From positions 96,001 through 160,000 of the forward strand of contig CAVOUE010000005.1 of assembly GCA_963699545.1 (NCBI GenBank): DNA of 64,000 nt, given 5' to 3'. Below, piece after piece: positions 50,217-59,665 of the stretch. The notes under the pieces are model-generated. The model was not told where the DNA came from, did no database searches, and saw only the letters and a program-made list of their open reading frames with translations. This stretch comes from Nitrospirota bacterium (GTDB lineage: Bacteria; Nitrospirota; Thermodesulfovibrionia; Thermodesulfovibrionales; UBA9159). Made by a program: the position numbers and the translations under genes. Every line of letters begins with the position of its first letter. Within the stretch, counting starts at the first letter, position 1.

Positions 50217-50657
50217 ATGGAACAGCAGAAGTTCGAGCTCGCCGATATATTCCGGAGATGGCTCGTAAAGATCGACATGGCCTTCCACGTTGTGGCGGCA
50301 CTCCTTTTGCTCGCTGCATGCAGCCTTATTCTCTATTATGGCTTGCTCACCGTGCTCCATCCTTCACGGGAATCCATACTACACCTTGTCAACGACGTGC
50401 TCCTTGCGTTGATCATGCTCGAACTCCTTTGGACAGTTATACGGTTCTTGAAGAGACAGAAATTCGTCTTGGGACCTTTCCTTGCCATCGGCATTATAGC
50501 AGCGGTAAGGAGGATACTCCTCGTAGAGGCGCAGACGTCTTTCCTGGAGCACGTCCCCATGGAGAAGTTGTATGAAATAGGGTTGAGTGCTGTTGTGGTC
50601 TTGATTCTTATGATCGCCTACTACCTGTCCGCGAAGGCCGAGAGGCTTGAACAGTAG
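50217..50657 (+). CDS. PsiE-family membrane protein
   Basis: LL.LI..EL..TV and PFL.IGIIA.VR.IL motifs. Confidence 0.88.
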   Translation: MEQQKFELADIFRRWLVKIDMAFHVVAALLLLAACSLILYYGLLTVLHPSRESILHLVNDVLLALIMLELLWTVIRFLKRQKFVLGPFLAIGIIAAVRRILLVEAQTSFLEHVPMEKLYEIGLSAVVVLILMIAYYLSAKAERLEQ

Positions 50658-50672
50658 AAACGGGGGGAACAA

Positions 50673-51170
50673 ATGGCTGATGAACATTTCTTCGATGTCG
50701 TCTGTAACGTAGACCTGCAGGAAGTTTCCAATGCCGTAAACCAGGCGATGAAAGAGATAGAGCAGCGCTTTGATTTCAAGGGAAGCAAGAGCTCCATAGA
50801 GCTGGACAAGGGCAAGGCGGTCATCACTCTCGCCTCCGATGACGAAACCAAACTGAAGAGCGTCATCGATATCCTCCAGTCCAAGCTCGTGAAACGCACC
50901 ATATCCCTGAAGGCCTTGAATTACGGCAAAATTGAACAGGCTGCCGGAAGCACGGTGCGCCAGGTGATCACCCTCCAACAGGGAATTCCTCAGGACAAGG
51001 CAAAGGAGATGGTGAAGCTCATCAAAGACCTGAAGCTGAAGGTGAACGCAGAGATACAGAAGGACCAGGTCCGGGTAAGGGCGAAAAAGATCGATGACCT
51101 CCAGCTGATCATCGCTAAACTGAAGGAAAAAGACTTCGGCATCGCCCTTCAGTTCACCAACTACCGTTAA
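50673..51170 (+). CDS. yajQ: YajQ-family nucleotide/c-di-GMP-binding protein
   Basis: FDVV..VD.QEV.NAV, RFDFKG, L.QGI, K.IDDLQ, LQFTNYR. Confidence 0.96.
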   Translation: MADEHFFDVVCNVDLQEVSNAVNQAMKEIEQRFDFKGSKSSIELDKGKAVITLASDDETKLKSVIDILQSKLVKRTISLKALNYGKIEQAAGSTVRQVITLQQGIPQDKAKEMVKLIKDLKLKVNAEIQKDQVRVRAKKIDDLQLIIAKLKEKDFGIALQFTNYR

Positions 51171-51326
51171 GGGTATTTCCGCGTCTTTAGCGGGGAACAG
51201 CGGGAAATATCCCTGTCTGTCCGACCCGTTGATTAAGAGTCTTTCGCAGCTGCTTCTGCATAAGGGTATGCATTATCTCCGGAGGCATTCCCGGTCCCCT
51301 CTTGAAATATGAGTGGCGGGTGTGTG

Positions 51327-51746
51327 TTAAAAAGATAATGTTCCTTTCGCTTTGCTTGCCAGCGTGATGAGGTTCATAGCCCCTGCTGCCCTGACACCGG
51401 GAATCAGGTCTTCTTCCGTGATCTTTTTGTTCGCCATGGTCTGGGAACACGACTGGATCTCGACTCCCATCTCCATCGCCTCGGTGAGCCTTTGTGTAAG
51501 TGTCGGAACCCCGGGCTGGGGAACTTCGTTCTTCTCGATGGCGCCCTTGACCAGAACATCCACGGCATTCTGGATGCAGTAGAGTATGGTCTTGTAGTTC
51601 GCTGACGCGGCGAGCGTGGCGAACATCAGGGCGGAGCGGGCCCTGGGTATGCTGTCAAATCCTGAAGCCGACAGGACGATGAAAAGCTCATCTATGTCCT
51701 GTTTCCCCGAGTGATTCGCTTCAAAAACCTTTTCTGTCGTCGCCAT
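51327..51746 (-). CDS. DsrE/DsrF-like protein
   Basis: GVEIQSCSQT (conserved Cys position) and L.PGV...GA motifs; SD AAAAGGAGG. Confidence 0.85.
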   Translation of the reverse strand: MATTEKVFEANHSGKQDIDELFIVLSASGFDSIPRARSALMFATLAASANYKTILYCIQNAVDVLVKGAIEKNEVPQPGVPTLTQRLTEAMEMGVEIQSCSQTMANKKITEEDLIPGVRAAGAMNLITLASKAKGTLSF

Positions 51747-51810
51747 TGTTACCTCCTTTTTCACTTTAAGGTTATTATCTTCAGCCGCCGCCATCGGGAC
51801 ACCCACCCTT

Positions 51811-52407
51811 TCAGGCCCCCAACATAAAATATGTTCCGCTAACGGCGATCGCCAGTCCGGCCAGTCTCAGCAGTCTGGTCCCCTTCCGGCTGTGCACAGC
51901 CATATACCCCGTCACGGCCCCGAGGATATGCAACCCCGCTGTTGCAGCGCAAAATCCGAGAGCATACATGGCGGGTTCTGCAAGGCGAGGCATTTCGGTG
52001 CCGTGAGCATGGCCGTGGAAGAGGGCAAAGAATCCGACAAAGCCCATCGCAACGGAGACCGGTAGTTTCCTCGCTGCCGCAAGGGCGCTGCCGAGGGCCA
52101 GGACAGAGAAGGCTATCCACAATTCTACCATCGGCAGTGCAATGCCCTTCATGCCGAGGATGCCGCCCACAGACATGACCGTCACAAAAGTTGCCGGAAC
52201 GGTCCATATCGCCCTTCCCCCCATCTGTGCGCTGAGGAAACCCACGGTGACCATGGCAAGGAGGTGGTCAAAGCCGAAGACGGGATGATTCAATCCCGAA
52301 ACAAAACCGCTGTCGCCGGCATTTCCATGAGCTCCGGCAATTCCGGGGATCAACACCATAACCGTGGTACCCAGGAACATATGTATCATTCGTTTATCCC
52401 ATTTCAT
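51811..52407 (-). CDS. HupE/UreJ-family Ni/Co permease
   Basis: Signal peptide followed by His; HP..G.DHLLAMV.VG, FHGHAHGTE, LH..G. Confidence 0.95.
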   Translation of the reverse strand: MKWDKRMIHMFLGTTVMVLIPGIAGAHGNAGDSGFVSGLNHPVFGFDHLLAMVTVGFLSAQMGGRAIWTVPATFVTVMSVGGILGMKGIALPMVELWIAFSVLALGSALAAARKLPVSVAMGFVGFFALFHGHAHGTEMPRLAEPAMYALGFCAATAGLHILGAVTGYMAVHSRKGTRLLRLAGLAIAVSGTYFMLGA

Positions 52408-52466
52408 CGTCGGGGCCCCCTTTACGTAAGGTTAATGGAACATGTGTTCCCACGCTGTTTCTGTCC

Positions 52467-53738
52467 CTACACAGCCAATACCGCATGAGGGGCATTGGCT
52501 ATTTTTGACAACACGGATCCGAACTCTCCCTTCCTCAGGACGTGCTCTGTGAGTTCGCTCTTTATGGACGTAATATCTGCCCGGCTGCGTATGAAGCGAG
52601 TGAGGATGCCGGCGTAGTCTATTTGGCTCACAAGCACGGCTCCTACAAGCCTGTTTCCCTCAAATACGAGTTTTCTGTATACTTTTCCTTTTCGAAAGGC
52701 CTTTACTTCATGGCTTTCACTGGTTTGGTTCGTGATGCCCATTGTCATGACGGGAAGGCCGTAGACTTCAACGGAGTTCATTCCCATGCCGCCCGCGTAA
52801 GCGCGCTGACCACCAGCCATGTTGTAGCCCGCTACTCGCCCCTGTTCGTACGCAAGGGGCACGATGGCGATCACCGAATCTCTGTTGTTGAGTATATCCG
52901 AGGCTTCGGCCACATCTCCTGCCGCGTAAATATTGTTGATACTCGTCATCATCCACTTGTCAACAACTATGCCTCTGTTTACGCGGACGGGAGTGTTCTT
53001 CACAATATCCATATTGGGCCTGACCCCAATGGCGATAATAAGGATCTCGCACTCAAGTTTTTTGTTGTTATCGAGGATTATTCCGCAGACATTCCCCTTC
53101 CCATCGGATAGTATTTCCTTCGCGGTATGACCTGCGATCAATTTGATACCGTTGTCTCTGAGTTGTCTGTTCACTATCGCGCCCGAGACTTCATCGAGCG
53201 CCACTGCCAGAATCCTCGGCCCAAGTTCAACAATTGTCACCTCCAATCCCAGGTCATTGATTCCCTCGGCGGCTTTGAGACCTATGAGCCCTCCGCCGAT
53301 GACCACTGCCTTCTTCTTCCCATGGGCAACTTTTTTTATTTTCTTCGCATCGTCCCACTTGGTAAAACTGAAGACGTTGTGCGCTTCAAGACCCTTTATA
53401 GGGGGGATAAAAGGCTGGCCCCCCGTACCGATCAGAAGCCTGTCGTATACGAAGACCGTTCCGTCCTCAAGGGATATTTGCCGACGCGCGCTGCTGATGT
53501 TTACGACCTTTTTCCCCAAGATGAGCCTTACATTGTTCTTTTTATAGAAACCGGCCGACCGATAGTACATGTCCTTCGATGCGACGTGACCGCCCAGATT
53601 ATAGGAAATAAGGGGTCTCGCATAGGCGAGATACGGCTCGTCGGATATCATCGTGATATCACCTTCACGGTCACGTTCCCTGATTCCTTCTACAGCCCCC
53701 ACTCCCGCATATGAGTTACCGACGATCACGTACTTCAT
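52467..53738 (-). CDS. FAD-dependent pyridine nucleotide oxidoreductase (NirB-N/rubredoxin reductase-like)
   Basis: VIVGNSYAG, Y.RP, GGGLIG, IYAAGDVA, A..QG..AG.NM, C-terminal Y.KLV....L.GA. Confidence 0.92.
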   Translation of the reverse strand: MKYVIVGNSYAGVGAVEGIRERDREGDITMISDEPYLAYARPLISYNLGGHVASKDMYYRSAGFYKKNNVRLILGKKVVNISSARRQISLEDGTVFVYDRLLIGTGGQPFIPPIKGLEAHNVFSFTKWDDAKKIKKVAHGKKKAVVIGGGLIGLKAAEGINDLGLEVTIVELGPRILAVALDEVSGAIVNRQLRDNGIKLIAGHTAKEILSDGKGNVCGIILDNNKKLECEILIIAIGVRPNMDIVKNTPVRVNRGIVVDKWMMTSINNIYAAGDVAEASDILNNRDSVIAIVPLAYEQGRVAGYNMAGGQRAYAGGMGMNSVEVYGLPVMTMGITNQTSESHEVKAFRKGKVYRKLVFEGNRLVGAVLVSQIDYAGILTRFIRSRADITSIKSELTEHVLRKGEFGSVLSKIANAPHAVLAV

Positions 53739-54238
53739 TTTACCGGCGTATCCTCCCTTTCTCCTGTCAAAAACCTTGCTGCCGCCTTTTTCCTCACCGC
53801 ACTCGAAAGGTCGTGAACATCGCTGTGGCCAAGGATTCCCCTCTCGCATGCGGCCACACAGGCCGGGACCTCCCTATCGGGGCATCCCTCGCATTTCAGG
53901 GCAATGTGCTCGCCCTCCACCCTTTCAATCGCGCCGAAAGGACAATTCATGATGCACATCCAGCACCCGATGCAGCGGCTGTAATCAGTGACAACCCGTC
54001 CCTTTCCATTCCTGTGCCTGCTGCCCGACATGCAGGCGGTGGCGCAGGGGGCGTCTTCGCAGTTCCGGCAGATGACCGGGACATACGCGTTCCCGTTCCT
54101 GAGGAGCTTTATGCCGGCGATCTTTTTCATGCCCCTGCCTTGTTTCTTCGGGGCCGCCCTAAGGCATGCCTCAATGCATTTCCCGCATCCGTCGCAAACC
54201 CCGGGGCCAAGGGTCACCTTTCCCGTCTTTCTCGGCAT
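53735..54238 (-). CDS. 4x[4Fe-4S] ferredoxin-like protein (CooF/HydN type)
   Basis: CDGCGKCIEAC, CRNCEDAPCATAC, CIGCWMCIMNCP, KCEGC....PACVAAC. Confidence 0.93.
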   Translation of the reverse strand: MPRKTGKVTLGPGVCDGCGKCIEACLRAAPKKQGRGMKKIAGIKLLRNGNAYVPVICRNCEDAPCATACMSGSRHRNGKGRVVTDYSRCIGCWMCIMNCPFGAIERVEGEHIALKCEGCPDREVPACVAACERGILGHSDVHDLSSAVRKKAAARFLTGEREDTPVK

Positions 54239-54586
54239 TTATTTCAATGACTCCAGATACGTTGCAAGGTCCAGAAACATCTTCTCTGTCAGCTTATCGA
54301 ACTTCGGCATATTCTCCGGATGTTTCAGATGGGTGGCTGAGGGATCGGCGAGGTTCTTTATCTGCCATTCGATCCCCCTCTTCCTGGCGCTTTCATTTGT
54401 CAGGTCAGGGCCGGTGTTCCCGCCTTCGTTGCCGATCTTGTGGCAGTAATAACACCTCATTTTGTTATACAGGAGCTTCCCGTTCTCGGGAGAACCCGTC
54501 TTTTCTTTCGTTGCCGCCCATGCCTCTGCCCCCCAGAGAACTGTCACCGAAACCGCGACCATAACCAGAAACTTAAGGGTGTTCAT
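54239..54586 (-). CDS. Periplasmic monoheme cytochrome c
   Basis: SD GAGGAGG; signal peptide ending AWA; CYYCH, GPDL, MP.F, L..YL.SLK. Confidence 0.92.
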   Translation of the reverse strand: MNTLKFLVMVAVSVTVLWGAEAWAATKEKTGSPENGKLLYNKMRCYYCHKIGNEGGNTGPDLTNESARKRGIEWQIKNLADPSATHLKHPENMPKFDKLTEKMFLDLATYLESLK

Positions 54587-54627
54587 TGCTTCCTCCTCTT
54601 TTGTGGTATATTTTTTTGAGGCCTGCG

Positions 54628-55392
54628 TTATTTTTTCTTTTTGCCCCAGGGGCAGACCGACATGCAGACGCCGCATATGGGATAGCCGACCCCCGATATG
54701 TTCTTGAATTTCAGCCAGAGCGTATCCCGGCACCTGGGGAAATCGAGCACCTCTTCCCTGGGAGGCGGAATGCCGTCAAAACTCAACCCTCTGATGGCCT
54801 TTGCAGGACATGCCTTTACGCACTCCTCACATGTCCCACACCTGCTCTTCATAGGCGTGTCCGGGGTGAGCGGCATGTTGGTGATGACCGAGGCATGCCT
54901 GAATCTCGGTCCCATTTCCGGGTTCACAATGAGCAGGCTCTTCCCGAACCATCCCAGTCCCGCAGCTCTCGCCACCGCCTTGCTCGGCAGGGTTGAGGAA
55001 GTGAGAGGTCCCCAATCCAGTTCCTTCGCCGCCTTCGTATCCAATTTTTCAGCGATGCTTGCGGCTTCAGAGGCAGGCACCGGTATGGCGTCATATCCAG
55101 CATGAATTATTTCACGCGCCAGATCGAAGGTAATAAGGTCAAGCAGGGTGTTTGCCATTCTATGGACATGGGCATAGGACGGTGTGGGCCTGTCCTCTAT
55201 GCGGTCCAACACACTGTCGTTGAGGCGCACTCCCACGCTTACGGCCATGGTAAAGCCCTCAAGAAGGTTCGCGGGCTTCGTGGGTATCCCCCTGAGGAGG
55301 CCCAGATCCGCGATCCCGATGATGTCCGCTCCCTTTTCAACGGCGCTTTTTTTTATCCTTAGCGTTGCCTGTATTCCGCGTATCAGGTCCAA
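54628..55392 (-). CDS. QueG/reductive-dehalogenase-like double [4Fe-4S] protein
   Basis: GAD..GIA, K..A..AGLG..GK..L...P..GPR.R..SV.T, CGTCEECVKACP and C...CGVCMSVCP. Confidence 0.85.
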   Translation of the reverse strand: MDLIRGIQATLRIKKSAVEKGADIIGIADLGLLRGIPTKPANLLEGFTMAVSVGVRLNDSVLDRIEDRPTPSYAHVHRMANTLLDLITFDLAREIIHAGYDAIPVPASEAASIAEKLDTKAAKELDWGPLTSSTLPSKAVARAAGLGWFGKSLLIVNPEMGPRFRHASVITNMPLTPDTPMKSRCGTCEECVKACPAKAIRGLSFDGIPPPREEVLDFPRCRDTLWLKFKNISGVGYPICGVCMSVCPWGKKKK

Positions 55393-55395
55393 TAT

Positions 55396-56326
55396 TCACT
55401 CCATATTAGGACGAAGTTGGCAGGTAACGGCATGAGCAAGAAGTTCTTCGTCATGGGCTTGTTTTATCCGTCCCATCTCCCGGTAAACCCCGGACAGGAG
55501 GAGATGGACTTCGGGATAATCCGGTCTGAGACGAATGGCTTTCCTGTAATATCTGGCCGCCCCGTATTTCCTTCCCATTTCGGAATAGAGGGTCCCGAGG
55601 TTGATATAATTTTCGGCATCTCCCGGTCTCAGCCGTGCTACTTTCTTCAGGATGCGCTCCGCTTCCTTCAGGCGGCCTGACTTCCTGTAGAGCCTGCCGA
55701 GGTTGTTCAGCGCCGGCAGATAATCAGGCCTGAGCGTGACCGCCCTGCGAAAGTTCTCTTCGGCCTGCACCACGTTCTCCTTTGAACTCAAAGAGCTGCC
55801 CGAGGTTGTTGTAGATCTCGGGCTGCTTATGCATCTTTCTGAGAAGGTCCTGATACAGAGGGATCGCCTCTTCGGCCCGCCCGACGGAGGAGAAGGCAAA
55901 GGCCAGGTGATAGAGATACCGGGGATTAGCGCGGTCCAGCCGCACCGCCTCTTTCCACAGCCCGGCAGCCCGCTCCAGGTCCAGCTTCTTATAAAAGACC
56001 AGGGCCAGGTTGTGGCGGAGCGGCGCGGAACCAGGGTTTGTTCTTATGGCTTCAGAGAAAAGCCTTTCCGCCTCGCCGTAATCTCCGCGTCCCAGGGCCT
56101 TTATCCCGTCTTTGTTCAGGGCGGTCGAAAGTCCCCCCGGGGAGGAAAGGGAAACAGGTTCCAGCGGGAAAAGGAAAGGCCTCGCTCCGCCGTACATCTT
56201 CTTCCAGTAAGCCTGGTCCCGTGCCGTCCAGTCATTGCATGCATGGACGTCAAAGGCATGCAGAGAGAATGTGAGGAGCAGCGCGACCAGCGCCAGGGTT
56301 GTCATCGTGTTCATTTTGCACCTCAT
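55396..56326 (-). CDS. Exported TPR-repeat protein (indel ~55782)
   Basis: Signal peptide; tandem TPRs (HNLA, YHLA, NNLG, NNLG, INLG) across ORFs 55724-56326 and 55396-55899. Confidence 0.85.
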
Positions 56327-56330
56327 CGCG

Positions 56331-56792
56331 TCATTTCACCTCGAAGTAGCTGTAGAGCCTTTCGAGGGCAGCCCCGAAGAGGATCTTCGCCAATCTGCCC
56401 TTCTGTTCCCTGGCCATGGCCACCGCCCTGTAGCTGCCTTTCTTCAGTCTGCCCCTGTCTGTCGCCTTCTCCTGCATCACGGCCTTCTTAAGGTCGAATA
56501 CAAAGTCCAGCCACTCATCGGGCTTGAGAAGGACCGTGCTGCACTTCTCCTCGGAGACCGCGGTGTAGGTGCCTCCGGAGAGCCCTTCTACCCAGAAGCA
56601 GACCTTCAGCTCCTTCATCTCCGCGCTCCTGTTGGCGTGAGCGCCGTTATGGATCCTGAGATAGAAGGTTTCCTTCGAGTCATCGGCCCAGAATCTCGGC
56701 TCCATGTTCCAATGTGCCAGGGCCGGAGCCGAGTGGAACAAGACTCCGAGGAGCGCGGCAACACACAGCCCTGTGACATACGGGTAACGCAT
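56331..56792 (-). CDS. Exported hypothetical protein (beta-rich)
   Basis: Signal peptide ending ALA with His at +1; 1 nt from the ABC ATPase stop. Confidence 0.75.
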   Translation of the reverse strand: MRYPYVTGLCVAALLGVLFHSAPALAHWNMEPRFWADDSKETFYLRIHNGAHANRSAEMKELKVCFWVEGLSGGTYTAVSEEKCSTVLLKPDEWLDFVFDLKKAVMQEKATDRGRLKKGSYRAVAMAREQKGRLAKILFGAALERLYSYFEVK

Positions 56793-56793
56793 A

Positions 56794-57657
56794 TCAGTGT
56801 CTTATGAGATCAGCGAGATGAGTCCTGTATTCGATGAATTCAGGACTTGTCCTCTCCCTCGGATGCGGCAGGTTTATGTTTACCACTTCCCTGATCTGGC
56901 CGGGTCTTGCGCTGAAGACAATGACTCTGTTGGCCAGATAGGCAGCCTCCTCGATATCATGGGTGACAAAAACTATGGTCTGCTCTATGCTCTGCCATAT
57001 CCTTATGAGATGGTCCTGGAGGTTGTTCCTTGTCTGGGCATCCAGCGCGCCGAAGGGCTCGTCCATCAGGAGAACTTCGGGATGGTTCACGATCGCCCTG
57101 CCCACGGCGACCCTCTGGAGCATTCCCCCCGAAAGCGTCCTCGGGTATGACTTCTCGAAGCCGGTGAGCTGAATGAGATCTATCGTCTTCGTCACCTGTT
57201 TCTTCCTCTCCTCACTTTCCACTCCCTGAAGTCTTGGACCGAGGCTTATATTGCTTTCGACCGTGAGCCATGGGAAGACCGCCCGCTCGCTCTGGAACAC
57301 CATGGCCCTCTGGGGGTGCGGGCCATCTATGCACACGCCTTTGCACTTTGCCACGCCGTTGGAGGGAGATTCAAAGCCCGCCAGTATCCTCAGAAGGGTG
57401 CTCTTCCCGCAGCCGCTCGGGCCGAGGAACGCGACGAATTCCCCGTGGTCGATGTTCAGGGTCACGTCCTTGAGCGCCACCAGCTCACAGGGTTTCTTTC
57501 TTGAAAAGAAGCGTTTCTTTTCGGTGATCACCGTCTCCCCGTGGGTCGTGTAAACATAGAAGGATTTGGAGACGTTCTCTATCTCCATGACGTGCCGTCC
57601 GTTGTGGATGGTCTTGCTCCGGGGACCGGAAATCCGCTCGATATTTTTCTTCATCAT
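56794..57657 (-). CDS. NitT/TauT-family ABC transporter ATP-binding protein
   Basis: GPSGCGKS, FPWLTV, LSGGM.QR, LLMDEPFGALDAQTR, VTHDIEEA, RPG.I; SD GGGAGG before 57657. Confidence 0.96.
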   Translation of the reverse strand: MMKKNIERISGPRSKTIHNGRHVMEIENVSKSFYVYTTHGETVITEKKRFFSRKKPCELVALKDVTLNIDHGEFVAFLGPSGCGKSTLLRILAGFESPSNGVAKCKGVCIDGPHPQRAMVFQSERAVFPWLTVESNISLGPRLQGVESEERKKQVTKTIDLIQLTGFEKSYPRTLSGGMLQRVAVGRAIVNHPEVLLMDEPFGALDAQTRNNLQDHLIRIWQSIEQTIVFVTHDIEEAAYLANRVIVFSARPGQIREVVNINLPHPRERTSPEFIEYRTHLADLIRH

Positions 57658-57692
57658 TGCTACCTCCCTGTTCTCTTCAATAGACGTTTCCA

Positions 57693-58691
57693 TCATTGCC
57701 ACCTCACAATCGCCTGTTCTGTTTTCCGTAAAATAGTGTCGAAGAGTATCCCGAGCATGCAGATCACCACCATCCCCCCCAGGACCGTCGGAGTATCAAG
57801 GAGGTTCCTCGCGTCTTCGATCATCCATCCAAGCCCGGCATCCACCGCTACCAGCTCTGCGGTTACAAGGCATACCCAGCCAATGCCGAAGCCGATCCTT
57901 ATCCCGGTAAAGATGGTGGGGAACGCCGACGGCAGCATCACCCTTCCGTAGACGTCCATCCTCTTTCCGCCGAGGGTAAGTATCGATTCGACATGTATCT
58001 GCTGTGTATTCCTGATGCCGCGAATTGTATTCAGGAGGATCGGGAAGAAAGATCCAAGCCAGATTATGTATATCGCCGGCGGGTTACCGATCCCGAACCA
58101 CAGGATCGCAAAGGGCAGCCACGCCGGAGGAGGTATCACTCTGATAAGATTCAGAAGGGGATCAATATAGTCTGAAATCCTGCGGAAATTGGCGATGAGG
58201 AACCCGAGCGGTATCCCGGTGAGAATGGCAAGGAAAAAGGCGATGAAGAGCCGCTGTAGCGATGCTATGATATGTATCTGCAGATAGTGCTTTGCCCAGT
58301 GGCCCTCCAGCTTTGCTATCACCGTCGTGGGCGGAGGGAGAAGGACCGACCTGACAAAATGTGTATATACGATCATCTCCCAGCAAATCAGGACAACCCC
58401 AACCGAAGTCAATGCGCGGACAAGAACGATCGGAATCACTTTCGGAAACCTGGACTTCAGAAGATGGAGAATAGCTATCGCGATCGCCACTCCGATCGCG
58501 AAGTGGAGTGGGTTGTAGACCTCCCCTACCTTGAACTCCTTCTCCATAGGCCTGTTCCAGGTGTCAACAGGCCCTCCTTTCTGGTCGTACACCTGTTCTG
58601 CCCCATAGGTCACTGCGACCTGCACCACCAGGAACCCCAGGGCCAAGGCCATGACCACGGCCAGTACACATATCTTTTTCCTGAACTCCAT
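57693..58691 (-). CDS. NitT/TauT-family ABC permease (third), with N-terminal extension
   Basis: LPPP, IPPPAWLP.AILWFGIG, FFPILLNT..G, LP...TG.RIG.G.GW..LV.AE, GLG. Confidence 0.95.
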   Translation of the reverse strand: MEFRKKICVLAVVMALALGFLVVQVAVTYGAEQVYDQKGGPVDTWNRPMEKEFKVGEVYNPLHFAIGVAIAIAILHLLKSRFPKVIPIVLVRALTSVGVVLICWEMIVYTHFVRSVLLPPPTTVIAKLEGHWAKHYLQIHIIASLQRLFIAFFLAILTGIPLGFLIANFRRISDYIDPLLNLIRVIPPPAWLPFAILWFGIGNPPAIYIIWLGSFFPILLNTIRGIRNTQQIHVESILTLGGKRMDVYGRVMLPSAFPTIFTGIRIGFGIGWVCLVTAELVAVDAGLGWMIEDARNLLDTPTVLGGMVVICMLGILFDTILRKTEQAIVRWQ

Positions 58692-58696
58692 TAATG

Positions 58697-59665
58697 TTAC
58701 CTCCCCTCGTTACAGAGTATTTTTTTGTTTATTTTTGTGATGTCCGACTCAACCTGAAGAAAAACACCTCCTCTTCTAAGGATGAAAAACCTTTCGATCT
58801 TCTTTAGGAAAATATCCATGGTAAGCCCCAGGGCACATACCGTCGTCATTCCTACAAACACCGTGGGCGTTTCGAGCCGGTTCCTCGCGCCTTCGATCAT
58901 AAAACCGAGTCCGCTGTCCGCAGCAACGATCTCCGCACTCACCAGGACAAGCCAGCCGATGCCGAAGCCGATCCTTATACCGGTGAGAATAGTGGGCAGA
59001 GCGGAAGGGATGATCACATGCCTTAAGACATCCATGCTGTTCCCTCCCAGCGTCTGTATCACCTCAATGTGAAGTTTTTCCGCCTCCCTCACGCCCTGCA
59101 CGGTGTTCAGAAGGATGGGGAAGAAAGATCCGAGGGCTATCACAAAAACAGCAGGACCCTCCCCGATCCCGAGCAGGATGATGGCGAAGGGCAAGATGGC
59201 AGGAGCAGGGACCATCCTCATAAAATTCAAGGGAGGGGCCAACCAGTCATATGCCTTTTTGAAAAGACCGAGCATAATACCAACGGGAACAGCAATGACA
59301 AGGGCAAGAGAAAACCCCGCCAGAAACCTGCTCATGGTAGCGATGATGTTTGCCTGCAAATACCCTTTCTTCAGGAAATAGACTGTCTTTGTGATGATGA
59401 CCGACGGAGGCGCGAGGAGCATGCTCCTGAAGATCCCGAGGTAGAGGGTCCCCTCCCAGAGAAGGAGGAAGAGCGACCACACCACGAAGGTCCCGTAAAG
59501 CTCCCTGGAGATTGCATGTTCCGCATAATATCGGGAAAGCGTTGCCAGCAGCAGCACCGCCGAAACAGCAGCTATAAAGAAGAGTGGATGAATCGTACAC
59601 CTCCCTGAAATACTCCCTGTCTGTTCCAGTTCCAGTAATTCATGACCATCCCTGCACAAGTCCAT
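58697..59665 (-). CDS. NitT/TauT-family ABC permease (second); start uncertain, possibly 59643 with an indel
   Basis: L.PP, VP.PA.LP, FFPILLNT..GV, LP.ILTG.RIG.G.GW..LV.AE. Confidence 0.93.
   Translation of the reverse strand: MDLCRDGHELLELEQTGSISGRCTIHPLFFIAAVSAVLLLATLSRYYAEHAISRELYGTFVVWSLFLLLWEGTLYLGIFRSMLLAPPSVIITKTVYFLKKGYLQANIIATMSRFLAGFSLALVIAVPVGIMLGLFKKAYDWLAPPLNFMRMVPAPAILPFAIILLGIGEGPAVFVIALGSFFPILLNTVQGVREAEKLHIEVIQTLGGNSMDVLRHVIIPSALPTILTGIRIGFGIGWLVLVSAEIVAADSGLGFMIEGARNRLETPTVFVGMTTVCALGLTMDIFLKKIERFFILRRGGVFLQVESDITKINKKILCNEGR

Noticed and set aside
51171-51223. Hairpin after yajQ as a structured ncRNA
   Set aside because: Imperfect inverted repeat between convergent genes with no U tract or recognisable family; most simply a weak terminator.
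54628-55392. Calling this gene queG or a respiratory reductive dehalogenase
   Set aside because: QueG-specific motif, Tat leader and an rdhB-like anchor are not seen; only the shared Fe-S/corrinoid fold is supported.
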